Source: Styela clava (lineage: Eukaryota). From it: 64,000 nucleotides of DNA. A program made the translations under genes and the position numbers. Below are positions 14,472 through 27,312 of the stretch, piece by piece. A model generated the notes under the pieces. That model worked only from the letters and a program-made list of their open reading frames with translations. It ran no database searches and was not told the DNA's origin. The stretch covers positions 13,888,001-13,952,000 of the forward strand of contig NC_135254.1 of the NCBI RefSeq assembly GCF_964204865.1, given 5' to 3'. Within the stretch, counting starts at the first letter, position 1; each line of letters starts with the position of its first letter.

Positions 14472-17400
14472 GGACCACAAGTTGCATATAAGATTGGTGT
14501 GTCCAAAACGTACTGGGTGGAGAAGTCGACCAGGTTTCAAGTGAATATGTAATCACGTATCCTTATCACTATTTAACAATTTTGTGCAGCACGTCAAATT
14601 TTATTGTTGTTTCATTAAATTCGTTAAATTAAACATGATATTCCAGTTTCTGGACATGTATGTATTCAAATAATTCTTCCGGAGTTATTGCAGAGTTTTG
14701 ACTCTTTTTGTATTTATTTATTTATTTTATTTATTTTTTTTATGGGGAGGGGGGAGTACATTCATTATTTTTTTCGTTCTGTATTTGATTTGATTTATTT
14801 CAGATTTTTAGATATTTATATCGGTCTCACATATCTGATGTCATTTTGATCTATTTTTACACAAAGTAGCTCACACGAGTTTAACATTACCGACCAATTA
14901 AAGTTCAATCAATCAACCTCTTCCCAGGTCACTAAGAACAAAACATGGAAAAGATTTTCTTTGTTACGATCGAGTCAAAGCGATATCGAGGTGGATGTTA
15001 TGACAAAAAGTAACTCGCCAAACTGTATTCGTTCTTATCGGTTTTGACTACCAACAACCATGCTGTATTATGAAAGACAAAAAAAGTACAACTAAAAGCA
15101 CTTGTTTCACAAGGTAATCAGTTGTTTATTTGAAACGTGAAGATGAAGACTCTCAGAAAGGTACTTCACATTAGTTTATTGTCAAACCAGGCCGAATATG
15201 CTGTTATTATACCGCGCATTATTTCTGAATTTATTCTGAGGTTAATAGAATTGTATTGTTTGAAACGTAAAAGCCAGAAGATGCACAGTATTTCAATAAA
15301 AACATCGTGATTGAAGAAAAAATGTTTTTATTTCATTTTTATATTTTTTATTTTTTTTTTTCATTATTCGCATAAATGACCATTAAAATGGGGAATATTG
15401 TATGACAGTCATCATTCGCAAGGTACACAGAACATTGCTTAGAAAAGAATATTTTTATTTGAACTTGTTATGAGAAATGCAATTCGCCCTTTCAGTAAAA
15501 TCAAATTTTAATATACTTTTTCATATCTCATGCAAAACGATTAATTTCAAGTTCAAAGCAGTGAGATTTATGAAATTCAAGTTGATTGGGCCGCTGTGGA
15601 GGCTTACATTCGAAACTGTAACGCTAGAAGGTTACTCAATCTTAAAACAAAGTAACAAGAACTTGTAATTAGGGTAGTATCTTTATTATGTATAGTAACT
15701 GCTACAAGATTTCAGAAGTAAATATATATAGTGTCCTTCATTATTGTCCCACGTGAAGACATTCTGCAAGAACCCATTGTTACGACAAGTTGTGGTATTT
15801 ATTATTTGCAGATTGGCTGTCTTCCAAAAGCCTGTATGGTGAACAGAAATTTTTACATTACGTTTTCACAGCTTCTCGCAGTTCTTGAATCTATCTTCAC
15901 AAAGAATCTATTAGTTTGATATATATATTTAACATTGCCAATTAAATAATAATAAATTCTGTACAAAAAAATTTCTGATGAGGTCCAAAGTGATTATGAT
16001 TAAGTTTTCCATCATCCGTTCCTCAAATATTGATATATTTTTTCCATTTTAAGATGGGATTGCATCTTTGTTCACAAGAAAATTCAGATTTTTATATCTT
16101 TCTGTTATTGTCAATTATTAATATATTTTATAACTTTTGATTTGAGATAACAATGTAACAGAGAATGTTTTAATCATTAAATAAATAAAAATTGATAATC
16201 CCACTTGTCGTTTTGATACGGCACTTGTATTTAAAACTGTGATTCCACTGAATGCTATTTCAAATTAATTTTTCTTTGTTGCTAGGCTTTACCGACATCA
16301 TTCTCGTAACATCTCTGAGAATCTTTTGTGTTTTTATAATATTTTCACGATTTTATAAACAAAACAAAAAACGGATTTATTTATTTTCCGAGCACTATTT
16401 TGAAATGATTTAACTGTAAAGAGTTCATTCATCAAACGTTTATGATTTTCTTTTCGTAAGATTATAATTTCATTATTAAATCGCTCACTCACAAATTACG
16501 CGGTTTTCTCAAAACAAAAAGAAGTGCACTTCCTGGTTGAATATAAGACAAATATAATGAGTCTTCCTCCCTGTGAGATAACCAGTAATTCTATTTCTAA
16601 TAGTGAGTAGTTTCATGCATTGTATACACGTTGGTTGACATTGTTTTCAATAAAGAGACAAATTATTTTTTGTGCGATCACTGTCTTGAATTTTTCACTC
16701 GCTAGATAGAAGTGAGAACTAGTGCCATATGAGATTCATTGTGTTCAAATGGTACTTGATGGAGTTGTCAACAGTACAAAGACCCGAGCTTCCCAGTAAT
16801 GAAGTATCCCCGTCAATATTTATCAGTACTGTACACTAGAGATAGTTGTGGTTTAATTAACGTGGCTTAATTAATTATTCTATTTTGGATAGGGAAATAA
16901 ATTAGTTTTACGGAGTTGGATGCACTCCATTTTGGATTAGGTACAAAAGGCCTGCTGTCTAAGGTTCAGTCTGCCAAAAATGATCCCGCCAGCTCCGTAT
17001 CTAACTTGATTTCTTCTAGAGAGAATTTTAGTTCAGTGCTGACAATACATTAAGATGTCGAAGGGAAAAATTGATCGTATTTCTGTTATGAGTATTTTCC
17101 TCGGTTCCAGATAACTGGTGCCATTATGATCTATTTTTTACACAAAGGGGCTCACACGAGTTTAACATTACCGAACAATTAATATCCAATCAACAAATCT
17201 CTGTCATGTCACTCAGAACGAAACACGGAAACAATTTTCTTTGTTACGGTCAAGCCAATGGAGATCGAAGTGGATTCATACATTGTATCCGTACAAGCTC
17301 CAATTACATATAAATTTTAACTACCGACAACAACGCTGTATTATCAAAGACAAAAAGAGTACAAATTAAAGTACTTGTTATAATTTAACACTATTTCCCA

Positions 17401-17622
17401 AAGTATGCAGTTGTTTCTTTGATGATAAACACTCTTAGTAAAAAACTTTATGTTTTTGAAGTACTACGAAAGTTATCGACAAATCAAGCTGAAGATCGCT
17501 CATTCTGTTATTATCTGCGCAGTCTTTTTGAATTAATTCTGGGTTTAATAGCATTGAAAAACGTAAAAGCCAGAAGGTGCAGAGTATTTTAATAAACCCC
17601 GTTTTTTTTATGGTGAATATAG

Positions 17623-17732
17623 GGTGCTCCTGAAGTATGCGCACCAAGATGTCGCACAACCTGAACCCTAATCTGGTACACAACCTGAGTTCAGTTTGTG
17701 CGCCATCTTGGTGCGCATACTTCAGGAGGTCC
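17623..17732. mobile_element. 110-bp MITE, Merlin-like
   Basis: TIRs CTCCTGAAGTATGCGCACCAAGATG/CATCTTGGTGCGCATACTTCAGGAG, GG...CC ends, perfect 8-bp TSD GAATATAG (17615-17622, 17733-17740). Absent at the homologous site in units 3 and 5. Confidence 0.88.
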
Positions 17733-18235
17733 GAATATAGTATGAGAATCATCGTCCACAAAGTTCATGAATCTTCGCTCAGGAACCAGTAATCATTTTT
17801 TTACTTGTTATGAGAAGTGCACTCCGACTGTTTAGTGAATTCAAATTTGTATATGCTATTCACATCGCATGCAAAACAATACATTTTAAGTCAAAGTGAG
17901 GGGTTTACAAAAATCCCTTTCAAGTTGATTGAACCGATATACAGTTTCAAATTCCCAGACTTTTACGGTAAAGGTTACTCAATCCTGAAATATAGTAACA
18001 GGGACTTAAATATAATTAGGGTAGAATCCTCACTATTGTGGTACCTGCTGCAAGATTGAAAAAGTAAATATAAATAGTATCATCATTATTGTCCCACGAG
18101 AAGACATTCAAGAACCCATGGTTACGACAAGTCGCGGTTTTTACTATTCGCAGGATGGCTGTCTCTCAAAAGCCGCTATATGGTGATAGATAATTTTTAC
18201 AATGTGTTTTAAATTTTTTAATTTTTCGACCTAAC

Positions 18236-18290
18236 GGTGATAAATACAAAATACTGCTAATTCCTGATAGCTTTGATGTTCAAGACGCTT
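18236..18290 (+). pseudogene. Decayed remnant of the signal-peptide exon, array unit 2
   Basis: ctaacgGTGataaatacaaaatactgcTAAttcctgatagctttgatg aligns with ttaacgATGataaatacaaaatgctgtcgttttatgattgctttgatg. The ATG is lost, an in-frame stop is present, and the rest is deleted. Confidence 0.6.
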
Positions 18291-19636
18291 GAATAACATT
18301 TCTGATGGCAATATGGAAATTGTTTTTGTTTCATACGCGTTAGTTGGCACTGAGTTCAAACAAGAGACAAATTGTTTATTTGTGCGACCACTGTATTGGA
18401 TTTGATCACCCGCTAGATAGCAGTGAGCACCAGTTGCATATGAGATTCAGTTTGTTTAAAAAGTACTTGTTGGAGAAATGAACAGCTGAATAATCGGTGT
18501 TCCAATAAGTTCATATGTAGTGACGTAAGCTTATCAATATCCATCACTACTGTGCAGCACATCAAACATGGTTGTTTTTATTTAATCTTGTTCAATTAAT
18601 TTTAGCTTCTAAAAAATTGTATAAAAATGTTTCTAGAAATACGCGGGTTTTAGCTTATGTTTCCTTGGGTCGACGAAAATACGGACTTTCAAAAATTGAA
18701 TACATCCCATTTTGGGTTGGGGACCACAAGTCTGCAGTTTGAGGTTGAGCCCGCAAGAAACATAAATTTATAATAATTTCCGCAACTAACTTGCTTTCTT
18801 CCAGATAGGCGGATTGTTCAGCGCCAACTTTGCCTTAAGATGTCAGAAGGAAAAATAAATGGGATTGCTTTTATAAGTATTTTTATAACTGATGCCATTC
18901 TGATCTATTCAATAAATAATGTTGCTCACACGAGTTTAACATTACCGAACAATTAATATCCAATCAACAAATCTCTTCCCAGGATACTAAGAACAAAACA
19001 CGGAAACATTTTTTTTGTTACAGCCGGGTCAAAGCGAGATCGAGGTGGTCAAATGGCAATAAGTATCTCAACAAACTGTATTTATACGAGTTCCCGTGTC
19101 CAGTCTTTTATCCATTTTAATTACCAACAACAACAGCAACACTGTATTACGAAAGACAAAAAGAGTACATCACTTGTTAGAGTTTGACACTATTTCCCAG
19201 GATAATCAATTGTTATTCGATAAAGACTAATAGGAAGATAAGATACTTGGTGTTAATAAAGTACTATGAAAGTTTTAAAAAATCAAGCTAAAGATTGGCT
19301 ATGTTGTTATTATACTGCGCATTATTATTGAATCAGTTTGGAGGTTAGTATAGTCCCAAGTTGTATTGAAGTGAAAATCACAAAGATGTAATCAGTTTAA
19401 TAAATACCGGTATATTTATGGGATATAGTACGGAAGTCATTGTTCATAAAGTTTAAGAACCATTTGTCCGAAGCGAATGGTCATTTTTGCTTTTGTAATT
19501 AGAAATGCACTTCGAATCTTTTGTACAAAAATAGCCTCCCTATTTCCAGGTTTGTTGCTTCTCCAAAATCTATCTTTATGTTAGTAAGAACTCTCTACTT
19601 TGTGTTTTACAGCAGTTTCGATATTTTGCTTTAACG

Positions 19637-19893
19637 ATGATAAATACAAAATGCTGTCGTTTTATGATTGCTTTGATGATTATGACAATACTGTTCTTTC
19701 TGCAAGTCAGTGCGATTTCCGCACCCCCATCGGGATGTAAGTGCTTTCGTTGATGTTTCGTTGTAGTGAAAGTCAAGAATTCCTGGCGACAGCCTTCTAT
19801 AACGTTTTCAAATTTTCAGATGCAGAGTGTTTGATTATTTCACCGCTCAACATATGTTCAGAACATAAATGTAAACAAACTGTTGAAATATGA
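19637..19893 (+). pseudogene. Truncated copy of the putative secreted Cys-rich peptide gene, unit 3
   Basis: Exon 19637-19736 reads MINTKCCRFMIALMIMTILFFLQVSAISAPPSG, with donor GTAAGT and acceptor TTTCAG. Exon 19820-19893 reads YAECLIISPLNICSEHKCKQTVEI*. An 8-nt deletion relative to unit 5 creates the stop and is followed by a larger deletion. Confidence 0.6.
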
Positions 19894-20143
19894 TAGCGAC
19901 ACGTTCTCTTCTCGCCGTATTCGTAATCTTCAAAAATAATTCATTTCTTATTTTTAACTTAGTTATCAATTGTATTCAATACTCAACACTTGATCACTTT
20001 TTATTTTTACAGTTAGGAATGTGGATAAGTTGGACGAAGTTCCTTAAAATCACAAATGTAGGTATCTATATTTTAATAATGTAGTTTTGAATTTGGCACC
20101 AATATATTATGATAATTATAGTTTAACACCTTTTGGTGAGATG

Positions 20144-21719
20144 TATGGTGGCCCATCGTTGTCACGCGTAAAGTTTGAAAAAAAAATGAAAAAATAAAAT
20201 GAAAAAGCGAAAATAAAAAAAATAGTTGTGAAAAAACATAAAAATAATTGACAAAAAAAAAAAAAAAAAAATTTAAAATTAAAAAAAAAATTAAAAGTAA
20301 AAACGGAAAAAAAAACGAAAAAAAAAAAAAATTGGATAAAAAGAAAATAAAAAGGTTGACAACGATGGTCCGCCTCGTGGCCCATCGTTGTCACGCGTTT
20401 TTATTTTTAGAAAATTTGATGCTGCTTGGGACCAACGTTGTCAGACTTAATCCTACACGCACAAATGTGTTTCCTGGGTTTCTAACTCACTACTGATTTT
20501 CATGAGCAATATCCAATAAATTCAAAACGAAAATGTTTTATAAATTCTTCATGCTACAAGTTCAACCACAAACAATATATTTATAATAATGATAAGAGAA
20601 TATAGAATTGAATACGAAAATTTGATTTTACGTGTAGAAGGTAATTGAATTGAAAAATGCTGCCCAACTGCTCAGTTGTCTGGACACTCGTGCGATGCCG
20701 GTACGGTACCGTCTGACCGTACCGGTACCCATGCAATCACTCATGAAAGAATGGGAGATACGGATAGTCTCGTAGAATATAGACTACTGAAACACTCTCT
20801 GCGCCTGCCCCATACCGTACAGCCGTAACGTACCGATCCAGACAAATGATGAATCGCCCGTGCTCAACCATTTATTTCAATCCATACCTCGACTCACTAT
20901 ATTCTACTAGGATCGAGGTATGTATTGAAATAAATGGTTGAGCACGGGCGATTTATCATTTGTCTGGATCGGTACGTTACGGCTGTACGGTATGAGGCAG
21001 GCACAGAGAGTGTTTCAGTAGTCTATATTCTACGAGACTATCCGTATCTCCCATTATTTCATGAGTGATTGCATGGCTACCGGTACGGTCAGACGCAAAG
21101 CGACTATAACCGACTATCGGTATTTGGTAAGACGGTACGGTACCGGCATCGCGAGTGTCCAGACAACTGAATAGTTAAGCAGCATTCTCCAATTAAATTA
21201 CCTTCTACACGTAAAAACAAATTTTCCGAATTTTCGTATTCAATTCTATATTCTCTTATCATTATTATAAATATATTACTTCTTGTTGAACTTGTAGCAT
21301 GGAGAATTTATAGAACATTTTCATATTGAATATTGCTCAAAAAAATCAGTAGAGTTGGAAACCCAGGGAACACATTTGTGCGCGTAGGATAATGCCTGAC
21401 AACGTTGGTCCCAAGCAGAAGCAAATTTTATAAAAATAAAAACGCGTGACAACGATGGGCCACGAGGCGGACCATCGTTGTCAACCTTTTTATTNNNNNN
21501 NNNNNNNNNNNNNNNNNNNNNNNNNNNNNNNNNNNNNNNNNNNNNNNNNNNNNNNNNNNNNNNNNNNNNNNNNNNNNNNNNNNNNNNNNNNNNNNNNNNN
21601 NNNNNNNNNNNNNNNNNNNNNNNNNNNNNNNNNNNNTTTCCAAAACTATTTTTTTATTTTCGGTTTTTTATTTTATTTTTTATTTTCAATTTTACGCGTG
21701 ACAACGATGGGCCACCATA
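20144..21719. mobile_element. 1576-bp palindromic Foldback-like non-autonomous DNA transposon
   Basis: Ends TATGGTGGCCCATCGTTGTCACGCGTAAA ... TTTACGCGTGACAACGATGGGCCACCATA. Arms are reverse complements up to a ~20-nt loop at ~20893-20912. TSD GAGATG at 20138-20143 and 21720-21725. Empty sites are visible in units 4 and 5. Confidence 0.92.
21495..21636. other. Assembly gap (142 N) inside the right arm of the palindrome
   Basis: The N run sits opposite the A-homopolymer-rich tract at ~20200-20345. Confidence 0.98.
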
Positions 21720-23736
21720 GAGATGCCTCCACAACGTCACTCCAAACAAGACTCCAGACAAGCACTCACTGATACGTATAGATCTACTAGATTTGAGCTG
21801 ACTGGAATTTTTCTGCTTCAATATTGTCAACTCATAAAATTTCAGCGCCGTACATTATGCAGGCACCGCAGATTACAAGATTCTATTACTTATTATATTA
21901 TGAACCTGGATAATTAGATAATACTTTCTGAACAAACCAATTTTTAAGGAGGTTCATAATTATGAATATTTTTTTTTCAAATATTGATAAATCTTTTCCA
22001 TTTTCAGATGCTATTGCAGCTTCGATCACAAGAAAATCCAGACTTATATATGTGTTTGCCCGATATCGTTATTGCATTATCTTTACAATTATTTGTGTGT
22101 TTTTCTCAACAATTTCCACGATATTATAGAAAAATAAATGTATGTGCTCAGCATTATTTGAAAATAAATTTTACAGCAACGAATTATAGAAGTAATTTAA
22201 TGTAAAATTACACGATTTTCATTTTGTAGGATTATAATTCTCATATTAAGTCGCTCACTAATAAGTTCACGCCTTTTTCAAACGATAAAGAATTGGTTAA
22301 ACCTCAGGCAAGCATTTTCTTCCAGTCGCGATGTGGCTGCTACATATGTTGTGCCAAGTATTTAACGTATAATAACATTATGAACTTGATGATTTATTGG
22401 AAAGAAACAAGGCAAACTGATTCAATTCAGTGCAGCGTAGAGGGCATGTGAATAATTTTGATAGCAATATTAATGTGATCTGTGTCTACAGTCCAAAAAC
22501 TGGACCGAAATCTACCAACCGTCATAAATCGAAAAATTGTCTGACCGTTAGAGGGCGTCACATTTTTCTCTCATAACTTGCAACAAAGGCGACGCGTTTT
22601 ACTGATGTTAATAAAAGATTGAAATGACTCTAAACATACAATAAAAATTGGCAATTAAAGTGGACATAGTACAAATTAGTAGAAAATTACTCAAAATCAG
22701 CTAAACTTCTTCCCTTTATTTTTAATAATCGTTAATTTAGCAGCTGTTTTCCGCTTACTATTTTCCATGTTGTATTGATTTAAAAGTTTAATGATCATGT
22801 TCAAGAGTTGGGATTACGTCATATATTTGATCATTTGATTAAAATATTGTCGATGGCTAGTTAATTTTGTTCAGTTTATTTCAGCTTCTAAAAACTTATA
22901 TAGAAAGGTTTCCAGAATTACGTGGGTTTTGGCTTGTGTTTTGTTGGTTCGGCGATAATACGGACTTTCGAAAAATTGGATACATTCTATTTTGGATTGG
23001 TGAACAAAAGTCTGCAGGCTGAGGTTGAGCCCTCAAGCAAAATAAATTCATAATTATTCCCATATCTGACTTGCTTTCTTCCAGTTAGGAGGATTGTTCA
23101 GCGTCAACTATGCATTAAGATGTCAGAGCAAAAAATAAATCGTATTGATTTTATAAGTATTTTTATACCTGATGTCATTCTGATCTATTCAATAAATAAT
23201 GTTGCTCACACGAGTTTAATATTACCGAACAATTAATATCCAATCAACAAATCTTTTCCCAGGTCACCAAGAACAAAACACGAAAACAATTTCCTTTGTT
23301 ACGACCGAGTCAAATCGAGATCGACGTGGTCAAATGACAAAAAGTAACTCAACAAACTGTATTCATACAAACTTCCGTGTCCAGTCTTTTATAAATTTTA
23401 ATTACCAACAACAACACTGTATTTACAAAGACAAAAAGAGTACATCACTTGTTAGAGTTTGACACTATTTTCCAGGATAATCAATTGGTATTCGATAAAG
23501 ACTAATAGAAAGATAAGATACTTGGTGTTAATAAAGTACTATGATAGTTTTAAAAAGTCAAGCTGAAGATTGTCTATGTTGTTATTATACCACGCATTAT
23601 TACTGAATCAGTTTGGAGGTTAGTATAGTCTCAAGTTGTAATAAAATGAAAATCACAAAGATGCGACGAGTTAATTAATTACTGGTATTTCTGATTGAAA
23701 ATATATTTATAGGTTATAGTATGGGAGTCATAGAGA

Positions 23737-23952
23737 GGTGCCCCCGAAGTATGTGTACCAGGTTAGGGTGAGGCCATAACTTTTTTCCGATTTTTCATGT
23801 TTTAGTATATTACGAATTCAGAGACTGTCTGTGTGTGAAGTTCAAGTGAATATCCCCCTGCCCAAAGGTTTCAGTCCATTTACACAACTTGATGTAAAAT
23901 AGGCGAACAAAATTAGTTACTCCCATATTGGTACACATACTTCTGGAGCGCC
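23737..23952. mobile_element. 216-bp MITE, Merlin-like (second family)
   Basis: TIRs GGTGCCCCCGAAGTATGTGTACCA/TGGTACACATACTTCTGGAGCGCC, perfect 8-bp TSD CATAGAGA (23729-23736, 23953-23960). TIRs are related to the 17623 element. Confidence 0.85.
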
Positions 23953-24181
23953 CATAGAGATATAGATTGGGGGTCATCGTCCACAAGGTTGAAGAACCAT
24001 TTGTCCAAATCGAATGGTCATTTTTGCACTTGAAATTATAAAGGCGCTTCGACTGTTTTGTACAAAAAATAGCTTTCCTATTTCCAGGTTTGTTGCTTCT
24101 CCAAGATCTATCTATATGGTAGGCAGAAATTTCTACTTTGTGTTTTACAGCTTTCTGCAGTTTCGATCCTTTGCTTTAACG

Positions 24182-24603
24182 ATGATATTTACAAAATGCT
24201 GTCGTTTTATGATTGCTTTGATGATCATGACAATACTGTTCTTTCTGCAAGTCAGTGCGATTTCCGCACCCCCAATGGGATGTAGGTACTTTCATGTTAA
24301 ACAGAATGGTATGAACACATCATCATTGCTTGACATTTAAATTTGGGTGCAGTATAGTAAAAGCCAAGAATTTCTGGCAACTGCCCTTAATGAGATTTCA
24401 AATTTTTAGATGCATAGTGTTTGGTTATTTCACCGCTTAACATTTGCAAAACATGAATGTAAACAAACTGTTGAAATATATTATCTATATAGCACCACGT
24501 TCTCTCATAGTCTGGTACTATATAACCATTCATGTCCTACGTCACCTGTATGTCTGAAAATAAAAATATAAATATAGTTCTTATTAATCTTGGGTGTGTA
24601 TAA
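24182..24603 (+). pseudogene. Disrupted copy of the putative secreted Cys-rich peptide gene, unit 4
   Basis: Exon 24182-24281 reads MIFTKCCRFMIALMIMTILFFLQVSAISAPPMG, donor GTAGGT. Exon 2 from 24410 has TAG at 24415-24417 plus indels relative to unit 5. Confidence 0.6.
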
Positions 24604-27312
24604 AGCAAAACTAAAATTAAAATGGAAAAAAAAAAACGAGTAGTATTGCTATCGGTCAGCAGGTCAACATACAACAGCAGCCGTATTCGTAATCTTCGAA
24701 AATAATAAACTCATTTCTTATTTCTAACTTAATTATCAATTGTATTCAATACCCAACACTTGATCACTTTTTATTTTTACAGTTGGTGATGTGATGTGAT
24801 AAGTTAAACGAAGTTCATTAAAATCAGAAATGTAGGTATCTATATTTTAATAATATAGTTTTGAATTTGGTTTTGCCAATATGTTACAATAATTATAGTT
24901 CAACATCTTTTTGTAAGATGCCTCCAAACCGTCACTCCAGACAAGCACTCACTGATACGTAAGAATCTACTAGATTTGGGATGACTAGCATTTTTTTGCC
25001 TCAATATCACCAAATCAATATTTTAGGCTGAAGAATGGAATTCTGGCAAATACTATTTCTGTTATAAATTACTTTCTGCAGATCTCATTCTCATGTTTTG
25101 TATTTTTATGTGTTTTTTTCTCAAACTATACGCCGCACTTATTATATATAGTACATAAATAGTTTGAACAGAGCACATTATACACGCACCGTAAATTACG
25201 AAGATTCTATTACTTATTATATTATTAACCGGATGATTAAATATTACCTTCTTAACAAACCAATTTTTAAAAAGATTCTTAATTTATGAATATTTTTTTC
25301 TTAAATATTGATATATCTTTTCCGTTTACAGATGCCACTGCAGCTTCGATCTCATGAAAATCCAGATTTTTATATTTGATTGATTGATATCTTTCTTGCA
25401 TTATCTTCACAATTTTTTGTGTGTTTTTTCCTATTAAATTTCACGATATTATAAAAAAAGAAAAATATCTGCTCAGCACTATTTCAAAATAAATTTTACA
25501 GCAAAGAATTTATTGAAGTATTTTAACGTAAAATTACACGATTTTCATCTTGTAGGATTATATTTCTCAAATTAAGCCGCTCACTAATAAGTTTTTTCAA
25601 ACGAAAAAGAATTGATTAAATTTCAGGCATTATAAAGCCAGTTTCTTTCTAGTCGCGATGTGGCTGCTGCATAAGATGTGCCAAGTATTTTACGTATAAT
25701 AACATTATGAACTTGATCATTTATTGGGAGGGAACAAGGCAAACTAATTCAATTCAGAGCAGCGCGGAAGACATTTAAAACGAGTCATTTTGATAGCAAT
25801 ATATCTGAAAAAGCATATCAATGTGATCTGTGTCTATAGGTCAAAAAGTGAACCGAAATCTTTCGAATACATACAGTCATAAATCGAAAAATTGCCTTAC
25901 CGTTAGAGGGCGACACTCTTTCTCTCATAATTTGCATCACATGCAACGCCTGTTACTGATGCCATTGAAAGATCTAGAATGACTTCAAACATGCCATGAA
26001 CATTGGCAACAAAAGTGAAGATAGTACAATTTAGTAGAAAATTACTTAAACTCAGCTGAACTTTTATCCTTTAATTTTAATAATCGTGAATTTAGCAGCT
26101 GTTTTCCGCTAACTATTTTCCATGTTGTATTGATTTAAAAGTTTTATGATCATGTTCAAAAGTTAGGATTACGTCATGTATTTGATCATTGGTTTACTCA
26201 GAGAATTAAAATCTCAATTTTCGATTAAAATATTGTCGTGGGTTAGTTAAATTTGTTCAGTGTATTTCAGCTTCTAAAAAGTTATATAGAAAGGTTTCCA
26301 AAATTACGTGGGTTTTGGCTTATGTTTGGTTGGTTCGGCGATGATACGGACTTTCAAAAAATTGGATACATTCTATTTTGGATTGGTGAACAAAAGTCTG
26401 CAGGCTGAGGTTGAGCCCTCAAGCAACATAAATTTATAATAATTCCAATATCTGACTTGCTTTCTTCCAGTTAGGAGGATTGTTCAGCGTCAACTATGCA
26501 TTAAGATGTCAGAACGAAAAATAAATCGGATTGCTTTTATAAGTATTTTTATAACTGATGCCATTCTGATCTATTCAATAAATAATGTTGCTCACACGAG
26601 TTTAACATTACCGAACAATTAATATCCAATCAACAAATCTCTTCCCAGGTTACTAAGAACAAACACGGAAACAATTTTCTTTTTTACGGACGAGTCAAAG
26701 CGAGGTCGAGGTGGTCAAATGGCAATAAGTATCTCAACAAACTGTATTCATACGAGTTCCCGTGTCCAGTCTTTTATCAATTTTAATTACCAACAACAAC
26801 AACACTGTATTACGAAACACAAAAAGAGTACGTCACGTGTTAGAATTTGACACTATTTCCTAGCTAGGGTAATCAATTGTTATTCGATAAAGACTAATAG
26901 GAAGATAAGATACTTGGTGTTAATACAGTACTATGAAAGTTTTATAAAATCAAGCTGAAGATTGTCTATGTTGTTATTATACCGCGCATTATTACTGAAA
27001 CAGTTTGGAGGTTAGTATAGTCTCAAGTTGTAATAAAATGAAAATCACAAAGATGCGATCAGTTCAATAAATAGCGGTATATTTGTGGGATATAGTATGG
27101 AAGTCATTGTTCATAAAGTTGAAGAACCATTTGTCAAAAGCGAATGGTCATTTTTGCACTTGTAATTAGAGACCCACTTCGACTGTTTTGTACAAAAATA
27201 GCTTTAATATTTCCAGATTTGTTGCTTCTCCAAGATCTATCTACTATATGATGGTCAGGACCTCTACTTTGTGTTTTACAGTTCTCTGCAGTTTCGATAT
27301 TTTGCTTTAACG

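Noticed and set aside
15560-15655. Protein-looking frame EIQVDWAAVEAYIRNCNARRLL in unit 1
   Set aside because: The homologous block in unit 2 has a stop (GATTGA) and divergent sequence in this frame.
20116-20496. ORFs with poly-K (+) and poly-F (-) translations, and the X-containing ORFs at 21428-21772
   Set aside because: They are artefacts of the A/T-rich arm of the palindromic transposon and of the N gap.
24014-24340. 108-aa ORF as a standalone gene
   Set aside because: It is a read-through over the 5' region, the signal exon and the intron of unit 4. The flanking frame is not kept in other units.
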